In this document: in pieces, positions 1 to 11,600 of the stretch
Layout of the letters: each line of letters starts with the position of its first letter
Position numbering within the stretch: the stretch's first letter is position 1
Source: Myxococcales bacterium
Lineage (GTDB): Bacteria > Myxococcota_A > Polyangia > Polyangiales > DASUME01
DNA: 64,000 bases
Direction: 5' to 3'
Assembly (NCBI GenBank): GCA_047601445.1
Contig: JASGJH010000001.1
Span: forward strand, 1,184,001 to 1,248,000
Program-made: the position numbers and the translations under genes
Notes under the pieces: generated by a model
The model's input: only the letters and a program-made list of their open reading frames with translations
The model's database searches: none
What the model was told of the DNA's origin: nothing

Positions 1-675
1 GCTTGTGCTCCGACGCTCCTGGCCTGTGGCGAGGACGCTCTGGTCGGGGAGGGCGACAAGAGCGGAGAGCCCCACGGGAATGGTGACCCCGGTGATCCAG
101 AAGCCGACTGTTGGCGGGTCGAAGACTTCGCATCCGTGCCTGCTAGTGACGCCGCTTTCGCACAGAGTCCTGCGGTAAGCATCGAGACCGCGCGCGGCAG
201 TTGGGGCAACTCCCTTGGAGATTCCTTGCTGGTCGAGATCCCCGGCGCTGGCAAACGTCGCGAATGGATTTGCTACGACGACCAAAACACGCCGGCCCCC
301 CCGGGCCCCATGCCCTACGTGGAGTTCGAGCTCCCGGCCGTACTCACGCTGCGCACGGCCGACGGCGGCTGGGACGAACGATTCGACACCAAGCTCGCGC
401 TCCATTCCTACGGACCCGATACGGGCGACAACGTGTTCAGCCTCCGGGGCGGCGGGTCTATTCCGCTGGCTGATTTGCACGGCACCTTCGTCGTCCCCGA
501 GGATCCGCAACATCCAGCGGCGGACAGCGTGTACATCAGCGCAAGCTTCGAGAGCGGTGGCTGGTTGGTGAGCCGAACGGTCAACCAAGCGCGCAACGAT
601 GGCGAGTCCTGTGGCTGCCTTGCCGACATCGGCCCCGCGTGGGAAGGCGAACCGCTGGCCTTGGTGCGGAAGTAA
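1..675 (+). CDS. Hypothetical lipoprotein, 5'-truncated by the window edge
   Basis: Frame of ORF 136..675 is open back to base 1 (ACAPTLLACGEDALVGEGDK...), with an LLAC lipobox-like motif. Confidence 0.6.
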   Translation, partial: ACAPTLLACGEDALVGEGDKSGEPHGNGDPGDPEADCWRVEDFASVPASDAAFAQSPAVSIETARGSWGNSLGDSLLVEIPGAGKRREWICYDDQNTPAPPGPMPYVEFELPAVLTLRTADGGWDERFDTKLALHSYGPDTGDNVFSLRGGGSIPLADLHGTFVVPEDPQHPAADSVYISASFESGGWLVSRTVNQARNDGESCGCLADIGPAWEGEPLALVRK

Positions 676-898
676 GGCGCGAACCCGCCGCTGGCTGGCG
701 CCCCTAGGTCGCTGCGCTAGCCCCTTCGGCATCGCGGCCCGCCGAAGGTGGGCATGAATACGACTGTCGCCCTTTCTCGGAGTCAGCGACGACCATGGAC
801 ATGGTGTAAGGAAGCACTGCCCTGGTTGACGCAAAAATCCTTCGCGTGAGGCCGACAACGATGGAACCGCGACCGCCGGTGTACGCCAAGCAAGCTTC

Positions 899-1595
899 TT
901 GCGAAACCGTGGAGTGAAGAGGGACGCTTGGCTCATGGGAGCGCTCTTGGCCGTCACTGGCCTCTCCTGCCTGTGGTGCTTGATCCACTCCAGACGCAGA
1001 CTTCGCTTACAAAAACAGCAAGAAACGGCGGTGTTTGAATCCGCCCAGCTAAAGCTTGCCGTGCATTTCCCCTCGATGACGTGGGCGAACTGGTCCCTCG
1101 GCGGAGGCGGCGTCCTGGTGACGGGGCCCGTCCGACGCAAAGGCCGACGACAGTGGCTGCTGGGCCACCGCGAGAAGCCGGCAAGGACGCCCGTCTGGCA
1201 GGCCATCGATCCGGCGCTCGTGGAGACCATCGAGGCCGCCTATCAACGCTTCGCACATGCGGAGTTCGAGTCCGAGATCGCCAATCAGTTGGGCAGTGCG
1301 TGGCTCGAACAACTGCGCCAGCGCGTCGGCAAACCCGACCAGCGCCCTGCAATCGTCCTCATCAGCCACCTTCGCCTGGCGAAGGCGCAAAAGAACGACC
1401 GAGCACGTCCGCCTAGCTAGAGAGCGAGCGGCAACATTCGCGCCGAACAACCTGAAGGACCTCGAACAAGCCAAGGTGCCCGTGTTGAACATCGTGCGCG
1501 ATGAATGGACGCCAGCATACGTCCAGTTCGCCAAGGACTACGACGAAGCCAAGCTCCGCAAGGCATTCGCGGACGATCCGCCACCCCCGCCGTGA
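899..1595 (+). pseudogene. Hypothetical membrane-anchored protein, probably frameshifted near 1390-1400
   Basis: ORF 899..1420 has an N-terminal TM segment; protein-like sequence continues in ORF 1257..1595 (EHVRLARERAATFAPNNLKDLEQAKVP...). Confidence 0.4.
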
Positions 1596-1671
1596 CAGGC
1601 GGTAGCGCCGCGAGGCGGGGCATCGTTCAGCCTTACCGCCTCGCCATGCGCTTCTGCTTACCCGCTGTCGG

Positions 1672-2405
1672 CTACGGCCTGACGCACACGCTCGGACTTC
1701 CCATGCAGGTCCATCCGCTCTCGATACGACAGGGGGCGAGCAAACTGCTCGACATCACACAACCATCACCGCTCACGTTGTTGGCGTCGTCGCATTGCTC
1801 GGTGCCTTCTACGATGCCGTTGCCACAAGTGTGAATGCACGTGGTCCGGCCACCGCTGGGCGTCGTGCAGGTGTAGCCAAGCTCCAGCTTGCACAGGCTC
1901 GAGCAGCCGTCCGCTGGCGTACGGTTGCCATCGTCGCAGGCCTCTCCAGCGTCGAGCGAGCCGTTGCCACAAAGCGTGGTGCACACGCTCCTCCCGCTCG
2001 CGTTGGTCACACAGGTCCAGGTGGCTTCCACGAAGCACGAGAGGGTGCATCCGTCACCGTTCACCCCGTTCCCGTCGTCGCACATCTGTCCGGGGTCGAC
2101 GATCCCGTCGCCGCAGCGGTAACAATGACTCTTCCCGCTGGCGTCGCTCGTACAAGTCCAGCCACTGTCGATGCGACAGGTCGCATCGCATCCATCGCCG
2201 ACGATCGCATTGCCGTCATCACAGTTCTCGCCGACTTGCACGACGCCATTGCCGCAATTCTTCGTGCAAGTGCTCCGCGCATCGGCGTCGACCGCGCAGC
2301 TCCACCCGGTCTCCACAGCACAAATACCGGAGCACCCGTCGCCGGTCGCCATGTTGCCGTCATCGCATGCCTCGGAGCTCCGCATGACGCCGTCGCCACA
2401 GGTAT
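1672..2405 (-). repeat. Five myxococcal cysteine-rich (DUF4215-like) protein repeats
   Basis: Five units of CG[DN]G-x7-CDD[GA]N-x4-DGC...[WY][ST]C in the translation. Confidence 0.85.
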
Positions 2406-4724
2406 TCGGACACGCGCCGTGCAGCACCTCGACAGTGGCCTGCCGGCCGTCCGACGAGAAACCGTTCACGCGCACCGCGAGGCGCCGGTATTTGTCGCAG
2501 AACGTATCCCCAACCTGCATCGCGCGGCCGAATCCAGCCGGGCGAACGAAACGGGTGTCGGCATCGCTGTTGACGACCGTGTTGTCGTACAGCCCCACGT
2601 AGACCCCCCTCGCGTCGATCTCCTCGTTCGTGACACCGGGCGGAGGCTGGTTGAAGCCTTCGTCGGTGCGGTACTCAACGAAGTAGAAGGCGTTCTTGTC
2701 GAGCGGAATGCGGAGCTGCTTGGATCCGCGGTAAACAGCTCGGAAAGGGTCCACGTCCCTCCCAGCATGTTCGTGTCGCTCACGATCTCGGCCGGCTGGA
2801 GCCAATTCATGTTCCAGAGGTGATGCGTGCTGAAGAGCGAAATCGTCTGCCTCACACCGCCCATGGGTTCGAAGTAGCCGTACTTCAGTGCTTGGCAGCC
2901 GCCGGCGGACAGGTCCGCGAGCCACGGTCCGGTGTCGCCATTGGGGCAGCTCCAAGACCCCGAGTGCATCAGGTTGCCGATGCCGTGTCCGATCATCTCG
3001 TGAACGAAGGTCGAGCGGTCGATCGTCTCGTAGGCGAGCGCATCGGGGCTCAGCTTGCCTCTCATGACGGCCGAGCCCGCGGTGACACCCGCGTCGGCGC
3101 TGCCCTGGAGGAAGTAGATCAGACGCTCGTAGTTGTCGACGGGAACGCCCGCCGCGCGGACGCGCGCCAAGATGTCGGCAGGCAAGGCACATTGATTTCC
3201 GACGCGGCCGATGGGAGCTGAGGGAGGCGCGCTGCACGTCGCCCAGTTCTCGGGCGTGCACTGGCAGTTCTTGGCGATGGTCTCACCCGCAAGCGTGATC
3301 CAATCGCCATTGGCGTCGCCGTGCACGTCTCCGATAATCCCCGCCTTTCCGCGCGACACGGTGCTCACGTACTGCCCCACCGTGTATCCCTGCCCGAAAA
3401 TCAGATCCCGGACCTCCTGAATGGTGTGCGGGCGGTTTCCGCCGGGGGCGTCCTCGTAGCGCACCAGAATCACGCCGAGATCAGCCTTGCTCGGCTGGTC
3501 CGTGGAGGTCTGCACGTTCGCGTATTCAGGATTCAAACACGGTGCCGGCGAAGTCGCGGTGAGCGAGGCCAGATGACTCATGGGCCCGCCGTTGGACGAG
3601 TAGCCGACCTGGAACGTATAGGTGGTGTTCGGCACTACGTTATACGAAATGGCGAAGGGGTTCTTCGTGATGCCTAGCGGCTGACCGTCGCGGAAGACCT
3701 GGTAATCGGGCGATGCAACGCCGGCGGGCGGATTCCAATCGACCCTCATGACGAGGTCGTTGCACGCCTCGTTGGTGGTCAAGCGCAGGTTCGTGGGCGC
3801 GGCCGCACGTGAGGCATACGGCAGGTAGCTGCAACTGAACGGCCCCTGGTACTCCCAGATGAGCCCGGACGCCGTGAGCCAGTTGCCCGAAACGGCCGGC
3901 GGCTGAAACGGTGCGGTGCCCTTGAGTTTGGTGTGGATCGTGACTCGGTCCGTGTGGAGCCCGGCAAAGCCTACGTCGGTGCCGAGTGGCTGGTTCGGCA
4001 CAACGACTGACTTCACGAGGGCGTTGTTCTTATAAAACTCAACCGTCAGGTTCGGACTGTCGCCGGCCCAAGCTTTCGCCAGGATGCGATACGTCGTCCC
4101 ATCGTTGACGAGCGGCGGCAAGACGTTCAGGCCGTTGTCCTGCGCGAGGAATACGCTGTTTTCCCCAAAGCGAGAGAGGATCTCGCAGAGTTCTTCATGG
4201 TCCTGTTCGGGGCGCCCGGGGGACTCCAATCGTTCGATGGTCCAGCCACCGTCGCCATGCCAACACGCCTCGACGAGCTTACAAGCGCTTCGTGCCGCGA
4301 GCTGCGCGCAGACCTGGCGACGCGGGCCGTTCGCCACTGTGTTGTACTGCGTCGCGCTGCTCGTAACCTGAAACTCGAGGTCGGTCTGCGCGGCCCATTG
4401 CGTCCAGCCCACACCCGTCCCGCCCAGAAATGCCGTCCCCTGCGGGCGCGTCACGTTGATCCAGCCGTCTCCGGGGGCATCGAAGCCGCTCGATACATCG
4501 AGCATACAGAGGGCCGATGGCCACGTAACGACTGGAGCCACGAGCGCCTGTTCGCTCGACGCGACGGTCGACTCGTTTGCGATCGTCGACTCGCTTGTCG
4601 GGGACTCCTCCTCTACACCGCATCCTGCAGCAAGCGCCAGCACGCAGGTCAGAAGCTGCCAAGACCGTCGGACCTTACCGCCACAATCAACGGAAGTTCG
4701 TCTGAGAGATACCTTTTGAACCAT
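1672..4724 (-). pseudogene. Large secreted lipoprotein: FN3-like domain + metzincin-like (M11/M6-like) metalloprotease + 5 myxococcal Cys-rich repeats; split by a frameshift at about 2720-2735
   Basis: ATG at 4724 with GAGGTGG RBS, lipobox LAAGC, HEMIGHGIGNLMHS zinc-site variant and EPMG Met-turn in ORF 2466..5270; continues as KQLRIPLDKNAFYFVEYR and CGDG..CDDGN..DGC repeats in ORF 1672..3261. Confidence 0.75.
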
Positions 4725-5194
4725 CTTCCACCTCAGCGCCCAACCATGCCCATCGGATGAAGCGTTGCTGCGAAGTTCCTGAAACAGCCCGCTTACGCAT
4801 CGGCGCCAACCACCACTAGAATTCAGGGGTGAACGCGAACGCGTGAAGGCGGTGCATGAAATCTCGCTGCACCGTGCGTCAGGGTGAACGCGTGACGCGG
4901 CCATCGTCCATGGAGGTACAGCTCGCAGGCTGCAGTAAGGTCGACTCGTCTGCCGTTGGAAGGGAGCAACCGGTGGTGCCGAGGATGAACGTCTCCGACG
5001 TGAAGGCGAGCCTCCGCCGCGTCGATCGGCAAGTCCAGGCCCCGCCGGCCCCAGCTGTTGATAATTATTGAAGAACTCGACCACAGCGCCGCCCCGAGCG
5101 CAAAAAGGCTCGGATTCGGTCACACTTGGGGGAGTAGCTGCTAGGAGCTCGGGTAGGGCAAAAGACTGCCCCCGGCGCAGCACCGCCCACTCCG

Positions 5195-5656
5195 ATGACC
5201 CGAGGCCCCCACGTCCCCCCGCGCAATTCCGACATCGGCCGCCCCCCGTGGCTGGCGATCCTGCGGGCATGGGCTCTCCTCGCCATCGCGCTGACCGGTA
5301 CCGCGCGAGCTCAAGGGCCCCTCGATCTCTTTCAGTGCTCGTTCACGGGCGCGGTTCTTACGGAGTGCTGCTGCCCGGCCAAGCAGCCAGCCCCTGTAGC
5401 AACGCTCTCGCAAGCGTGCTGCTGTGAACACCTGCACGTTGAAGCGGCGCCCGCCCCGAGCGCGACGATGTCCCAGGCGGCGCCCGCGCCAACCACGCCG
5501 CCGTGTGTGCTGCCATCGCGGCAGCCGACGGCGACTCTCGCACTCGCTGTGCCCGCGCGTGGCGCGCCTCGAAAACGCGACCTGGCACGACCTACGGCGC
5601 TCCGCTCCCGTGCGGGACCGCCGCTAACCATCGCCCACTGTCGCCTTCTGATTTGA
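5195..5656 (+). CDS. Small Cys-cluster exported protein preceding the cus operon
   Basis: Signal-like segment, CC and CCC clusters, Pro/Ala-rich tail; position typical of leaders of heavy-metal RND operons. Confidence 0.55.
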   Translation: MTRGPHVPPRNSDIGRPPWLAILRAWALLAIALTGTARAQGPLDLFQCSFTGAVLTECCCPAKQPAPVATLSQACCCEHLHVEAAPAPSATMSQAAPAPTTPPCVLPSRQPTATLALAVPARGAPRKRDLARPTALRSRAGPPLTIAHCRLLI

Positions 5657-5731
5657 GATCCGACCTTGCTCTGAATCGCTGGGGACCGCGCTTGCGCGCG
5701 GGCGAACCGAAATTCTGAGTTGGAGGTCTGT

Positions 5732-7054
5732 GTGCGAACCCGAGGGGTGTTCGCCGGGCTGTCGTTCTGGCTAGCGTCGACGCTGACGTACGCCCAGACG
5801 ATCGCGCCGGTGTCGATGAATGAGCTGGATGCGAGGCTCGCGCAGGAGGCGCGGCTCGAGTGGATCGAGCGCGTGGCGTTGGCGGGGCAACCGTCCCTGG
5901 CAGAATCCAGAGCGCGGGCGCTGGCAGCGGAGGAACGGGCCACGGGCGCCGCTCGTCTGCCTGATCTCGAGTTCAAGTACGAGCAGTGGGCGGTGCCGCT
6001 CAATCGCCCCTACGCGCTGAACCGGGCCGACACCGTGATGTTCGGCCTCAGGCAGGCCTTCCCCGCACCGGGCACGCGACAGGCGCGAGAACGAATCGCC
6101 AACGAAGAAGCTCACATGTTCTCGGGCCAGACGCGCGTCGCCACCCGGGATCTGATGGTTCGCGTTCGGAGAGCGTTCTTCGAGTACTACGTCGCGGACC
6201 GCGTCCTGCGCCTACACCTCGAGCACGTCGGCGTGGCAGAGCAAATCGTCGCCCAGGTCCGAGCCAACTACGAGGTGGGCCGCGGCGATCAGCAGGACGT
6301 GCTGAAAGTCCTGGTGGAGCTTTCGCGCCTGCACAACGACCTCGCGGAGATTCGTCAACAGCGTGAGTCCAGTCGCCTGCTGCTGAACGCACTGATGGCG
6401 AGAACGCCGCAGGCCCCCCTCGGTCCCCCTTCCGAACCGAGTCTTTCCGGCGCGGCTCCGTCGGTTGCCGAGCTCGAAAAGGAACAGGCTACCGGTAGGC
6501 CCGAACTCGAGCTCGCGCGCCGCGCCATCAGACGTTCTGAAGAGACGTTATCGCTGGCGCGAAGCGCTGCGCGCCGACCGAGCTTCGTGGTGGGGGCGGA
6601 CTACTGGCTCATGCCGACCGAGAACATGCCGCACGCCTACGGCGCCATGGTGATGATGTCGCTGCCTTGGCTCAACGGAGCTCGCCGCGCCGACGTACGA
6701 GAGGCCGAACGACTCTTGGCCGCCGATCGCCACGCGGCCGAAGCGACCCACAATACAACGGCCTTCCAGCTTCACGACGCCGTGGCCCGGCTCGACGCTG
6801 CGAGAACTTCGTTCGAAGCCATCGACCGCTCCGTGCTACCGCAAGCGGAGAAGAGCATGGTGGCGACCCGCTCGGCCTTCGCTGTCGGGCAATCCTCGCT
6901 CCTCTCCCTGCTGGACTCCCTGCGCGCGTACTTCGAGGTGCGGCTCGAGCACAGCCGGGCGTGGTCACGCGTGATGACCGAGCTTGCCAATGTCGATTTC
7001 GCCTCGGGTGGACGCGTGATTCCGACCCCGAGCATCGTGGAGGACAAGCCGTGA
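5732..7054 (+). CDS. cusC: TolC-family outer membrane factor (CusC/CzcC-like)
   Basis: OEP-type helical repeats; GGAGG RBS before GTG 5732; first gene of the RND triplet. Confidence 0.85.
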   Translation: MRTRGVFAGLSFWLASTLTYAQTIAPVSMNELDARLAQEARLEWIERVALAGQPSLAESRARALAAEERATGAARLPDLEFKYEQWAVPLNRPYALNRADTVMFGLRQAFPAPGTRQARERIANEEAHMFSGQTRVATRDLMVRVRRAFFEYYVADRVLRLHLEHVGVAEQIVAQVRANYEVGRGDQQDVLKVLVELSRLHNDLAEIRQQRESSRLLLNALMARTPQAPLGPPSEPSLSGAAPSVAELEKEQATGRPELELARRAIRRSEETLSLARSAARRPSFVVGADYWLMPTENMPHAYGAMVMMSLPWLNGARRADVREAERLLAADRHAAEATHNTTAFQLHDAVARLDAARTSFEAIDRSVLPQAEKSMVATRSAFAVGQSSLLSLLDSLRAYFEVRLEHSRAWSRVMTELANVDFASGGRVIPTPSIVEDKP

Positions 7055-8610
7055 CTGACCGAGATTCCCCGAACGAACCTGGTGTAGGCGCGGAGCTCGA
7101 GCACTTCGAAGAAGGCGTGGAGGCAGCACCTCCGGGCACGCGCGTGATGGCTGTCCTCCGCTGGGCACTGGTGGCCCTGATGGCTGGCGCCGCCGTCCTG
7201 TCGTTCGTCTATGCTTTCGGAGACACCAGTCACGCCGAGGGCGGCGGCCCGGTGCAGTACTACTGCCCGATGCACCCGTCGGTGGTGCAAGACCATCCGG
7301 GCGAGTGTCCGATCTGCAGCATGACGCTGGTTCAGCGCGAAGGCCCCGACGAGCACCAGGCAGAAGCGACGAAGCCAGGTCATGAAGGACACCGGCACGA
7401 GCCAAGCGATCCCTACTTCTGCCCAATGCATCCCGAGGAGACGGGTGACGAGGCGTCGGACCGGTGCCCCTTGTGCAGCATGAAGCTGGAGCAGCGCACG
7501 TCGACGGCGCCGCCGCCGACGGGAACGAGACCGTCGGCCCAAGCCGCCTCCAAGCCTGCGAGCGGCGACGCTCCAGCTCTCGCCGAGCCCCTTTCGCCCC
7601 TCGAGCTCACGCAGGACCGCGTGCAGCTGATCGGGATGAAGACGGCCCAAGTCACACGGGAAGGCCTCTCCGCCGATGTCCGCGCCGTTGGCTACGTGAC
7701 CGCTCCCGAATCCGGTCTGGCCGTGGTGCAGACGCGGTTTTCCGGTTGGATTCAGGAGCTGCACGTGGCGCAGACCGGACAGCTCGTGCAGCGCGGTCAG
7801 CTCCTCGCCCGGGTCTATAGCCCAGAGCTCCTGGCCGCCCAACAAGAGCTGCTGAACGCAAGACGCTGGAGCGCCAGTGCCACCGGCGAAGGGGCCGGCA
7901 CACCGGCGGTGAGTGGCCTCGCCCAGAGTGCCCGCGACCGACTCGAGCTGCTCGGGATGCATCCCGAAGAGATCACCCAAGTCGAGCGTGCAGGTACGCC
8001 CCACAAGTTGGTCGAGCTCCGATCCCCCACGCGCGGCTACGTGGCCCAGAAGAACGCCATCGAGGGGCTCTACATCCAACCCGGTACGCGCCTCTTCGAC
8101 ATCGCCGACCTCTCGAAGGCCTGGGTCATCGTCGAACTCTTCGAGCGAGACGCCGGACGGGTAAGCGTGGGCCAGCGGGTCAGCCTCCACCTCACCGCCT
8201 ATCCCGGAGAGGAGTTCGTGGGGACGGTTCAATTCCTCTATCCCATGATCGATCCGGAAACCCGAACCCAGCGCGCGCGCATCGAGTTTCCGAATCCTCG
8301 CTTCCGGCTACGACCCGGCATGTTCGGCGAGCTGCTCATGCGCATGCCCAGCACAGATTCGCTGGTCGTGCCGCGAGAGGCGGTCATCGACACCGGCGAC
8401 TACCAGTACGTGTTCGTCACCCAGGGAGAGGGCCGGTTTGCGCCGCGCGCTGTGCGCCTGGGCATGCGTTCCGACGAGCGCGTGCAGGTGCTCGCGGGGC
8501 TCTCCGAGGGCGAGTCCGTGGTGACCACCGGTAACTTTCTGCTGGACTCGGAGAGTCGGCTCCGCTCCGCGATCGAAGGGGCTTCACATAAGCCCGCTGG
8601 CACGCACTGA
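7051..8610 (+). CDS. cusB: RND periplasmic adaptor (CusB-like) with two heavy-metal-binding YxCPMHP domains
   Basis: GTGA overlap with cusC; YYCPMHP..CPICSM and YFCPMHP..CPLCSM; RLRPGMF and GNFLLDSES motifs. Confidence 0.9.
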   Translation: MTDRDSPNEPGVGAELEHFEEGVEAAPPGTRVMAVLRWALVALMAGAAVLSFVYAFGDTSHAEGGGPVQYYCPMHPSVVQDHPGECPICSMTLVQREGPDEHQAEATKPGHEGHRHEPSDPYFCPMHPEETGDEASDRCPLCSMKLEQRTSTAPPPTGTRPSAQAASKPASGDAPALAEPLSPLELTQDRVQLIGMKTAQVTREGLSADVRAVGYVTAPESGLAVVQTRFSGWIQELHVAQTGQLVQRGQLLARVYSPELLAAQQELLNARRWSASATGEGAGTPAVSGLAQSARDRLELLGMHPEEITQVERAGTPHKLVELRSPTRGYVAQKNAIEGLYIQPGTRLFDIADLSKAWVIVELFERDAGRVSVGQRVSLHLTAYPGEEFVGTVQFLYPMIDPETRTQRARIEFPNPRFRLRPGMFGELLMRMPSTDSLVVPREAVIDTGDYQYVFVTQGEGRFAPRAVRLGMRSDERVQVLAGLSEGESVVTTGNFLLDSESRLRSAIEGASHKPAGTH

Positions 8611-8620
8611 GGGAGGCGTC

Positions 8621-11600
8621 ATGGTCGAGCACATCATCGAGTTCTGCGCCAGGAATCGCTTCCTCGTGCTCCTGGGGGTAGGGTTCGCCACCCTCGCTGC
8701 CCTCTGGTCCGTCGAGCGCGTCAAGCTCGATGCGATCCCCGACCTCTCGGATCCGCAGGTGATCGTCTTCACGGAGTGGATGGGGCGCAGCCCCACGCTC
8801 GTCGAGGACCAGGTGACGTATCCGATCGTCTCGTCCCTGCTTGGCGCTCCTCACGTGACCGACGTGCGCGGCTACTCGATGTTCGGCATGTCGTTCGTCT
8901 ATGTGATTTTCGATGAGGGCACCGACGTGTACTGGGCGCGCAGTCGCGTGCTCGAGTACATGAACGGGATCCGGAGTCGGCTCCCGCCCGCGGTCGACCC
9001 GGTAATAGGGCCAGACGCCAGCGGCATCGGCTGGGTGTTTCAGTACGCCCTGGTCGACAAGAGCGGCAAGCACGGCCTGGACGAGCTGCGCACCTTTCAG
9101 GACTTCAACCTGCGCTACGCGCTGGGGAGCGTTCAAGGGGTTGCCGAAGTGGCGAGCGTCGGAGGGTACGAAAAGCAGTACCAGGTTACCGTGGACCCGA
9201 ACCGGCTGCGCGCCTTCGGCGTGACGCTGGATGACGTGATCGCAGCGATTCGTGATTCGAACAGCGACGTCGGCGGGCGCATCCTCGAGATGTCCGGCCG
9301 CGAGTACTACATCCGGGGTCGCGGCTATATCCAGGACCTGGCCAGTATCGAGAGGATTGCCCTGAAGGCTGCACCCCCCACGGGGACTCCGGTGTTGGTG
9401 CGGGACGTGGCCCAGGTGCGCTTCGGGCCCGAGATCCGGCGCGGGCTTCTGGAGTGGAATGGGGAAGGGGAGGCGGTCGGGGCGATCGTCGTGATGCGGT
9501 ATGGCGAGAACGCGCTGGAAGTCATCGAGCGGATCAAGCAAAAGCTCGTGGAGATCAAGTCGAGCATTCCGGAGGGAGTGGAGCTGGAGATTGCATACGA
9601 TCGGTCGGGCTTGATCCAGCGCTCGGTCGACACGTTGAAAACCGCCCTGATCGAAGAAGCCGTGGTGGTGAGTCTCGTCATCGTGCTGTTCCTGCTGCAC
9701 GTGCGGAGCTCGCTGTTACCCATTCTCTCGCTGCCGATCAGCGTGGCGCTCTCGTTCATCCCGATGTACCTGCTGGATATCCCGTCCACGATCATGAGCC
9801 TGGGTGGCATCGCGATCGCAATTGGAGCCACCGTCGACGCCGAGATCGTGATGATCGAAGCGTCCCACAAGAAGCTCGAGGAAGCCGGGCCGAACGCGGA
9901 CCGACGCAAACTTCTCGCCGAGGCTGCCAAGGAGGTGACGCCGGCGATCTTCTTCTCGCTGCTCATCATCGCGGTGGCGTTCTTGCCAGTATTCACGCTC
10001 ACGGGACAAGCCGGTCGGCTATTCAAACCACTCGCCTACACCAAGACCTTCGTCATGCTGTTCTCGGCGCTCCTGTCCATCACCTTCGCTCCGGCGCTTC
10101 GGGACGTCTTGATTCGCGGGCGCATTTTTCCCGAGAAGAAGCACCCGATCTCTCGCTTCATGGTCGCGCTCTACAAGCCATTCGTGTTCGTGGCGCTGCG
10201 CAACCCACTCTCGACCATCGCAATCGGTGTGCTCGCCCTGGCTTCGGCCGTCCCGCTGGCAAGCAAGCTCGGACACGAGTTCATGCCGCCGCTCAATGAG
10301 GGCGACATCCTGTACATGCCGATCACGTTTCCGAACATCTCGATTGAACAGGCCAAGCAGCAGCTGCAGCAGCAGGACCGCATCTTGAAGACGTTCCCGG
10401 AGGTCGAGAGCGTCTTCGGCAAGGTGGGCCGCGCGGAGACGCCCACCGACCCGGCACCGATTACGATGGTCGAGACCACGGTGCGCCTGCGCCCCCGCGA
10501 ACATTGGCGCAAGGTCATGGTGCAGCGCTGGTACTCGTCGTGGTGTCCAGAGTGGCTCAAGCCCGCGCTGCAACCTCTGTGGCCCGAGCTCGAACCGATC
10601 AGCTGGGATGCGCTCACGAGCGAGATGAACCGGCAGATGCGATTCCCGGGTTGGACGAATGCGTGGACCATGCCGATCAAAACGCGCGTGGATATGTTGA
10701 CGACAGGCATTCGCACGCCCATCGGGATCAAGGTATTCGGTAGCGACCTGGCGAAGGTCGAGGCTGTCGGCGTCAAGCTGGAGGAGCTCCTCGCGCCGGT
10801 GCGCGGTACGCGCAGTGTGCTCTATGAACGCAGTCTCGGGGGGCTCTACCTCGATATCGAGCCAAACCGGGAAGCGCTCGCGCGCTATGGCCTGCGTGTT
10901 GGCGACGTGCAGCGGGTGATCGAAACGGCCATCGGCGGAACGCCGATCACGATGACGGTTGAAGGCCGTAGCCGCTTCACCGTGAACGTGCGCTATCCCC
11001 AGGACCTTCGCAGTGACATCGAACGGCTGCGACAGGTGCTCGTGCCCGTGCCGGCCGGAATGCAAGGGCCTGCGCCGATGACACCCGAGAAAGGGGCGCA
11101 GCTGGCCCCCGACGTGGAGTCCCGCGTGTACCTCGCGCAAGCGATGCCGGGAATGGAGAACGTCGCAAGCCGCCCGGCAACGGCAACGTCGGGACTTCCC
11201 GCTCCCATGACGCAGTCCGATGCTCCGGCCATGGACTTGGGGGGAGGGGGCATGGGACCTTCACAGCCGGCCACTGGCGCGCAGGGCGCCGTTCCACTCG
11301 AGCCGGGCACCGGCCGAACCGCGGGCAAGACCTACATCCCGCTCGGAGAGCTCGCGTCGATCCGCATAGTCGGCGGTCCTCCCATGGTGCGCGACGAGGA
11401 CGGCATGCTGGTCGGTTACGTCTATGTGGACATCGACCAGGTCGCTCGCGACATTGGCGGCTACGTCGACGACGCCAAGAGAGTCGTCCAGGAGGCGATC
11501 GCCCAGGGAGAGCTCGTCCTTCCGCCCGGCTACAGCCTGCGCTGGACAGGACAGTACGAGCTGCTCCAAGAGACCGCTGCACGCATGAAGGTCGTCATCC

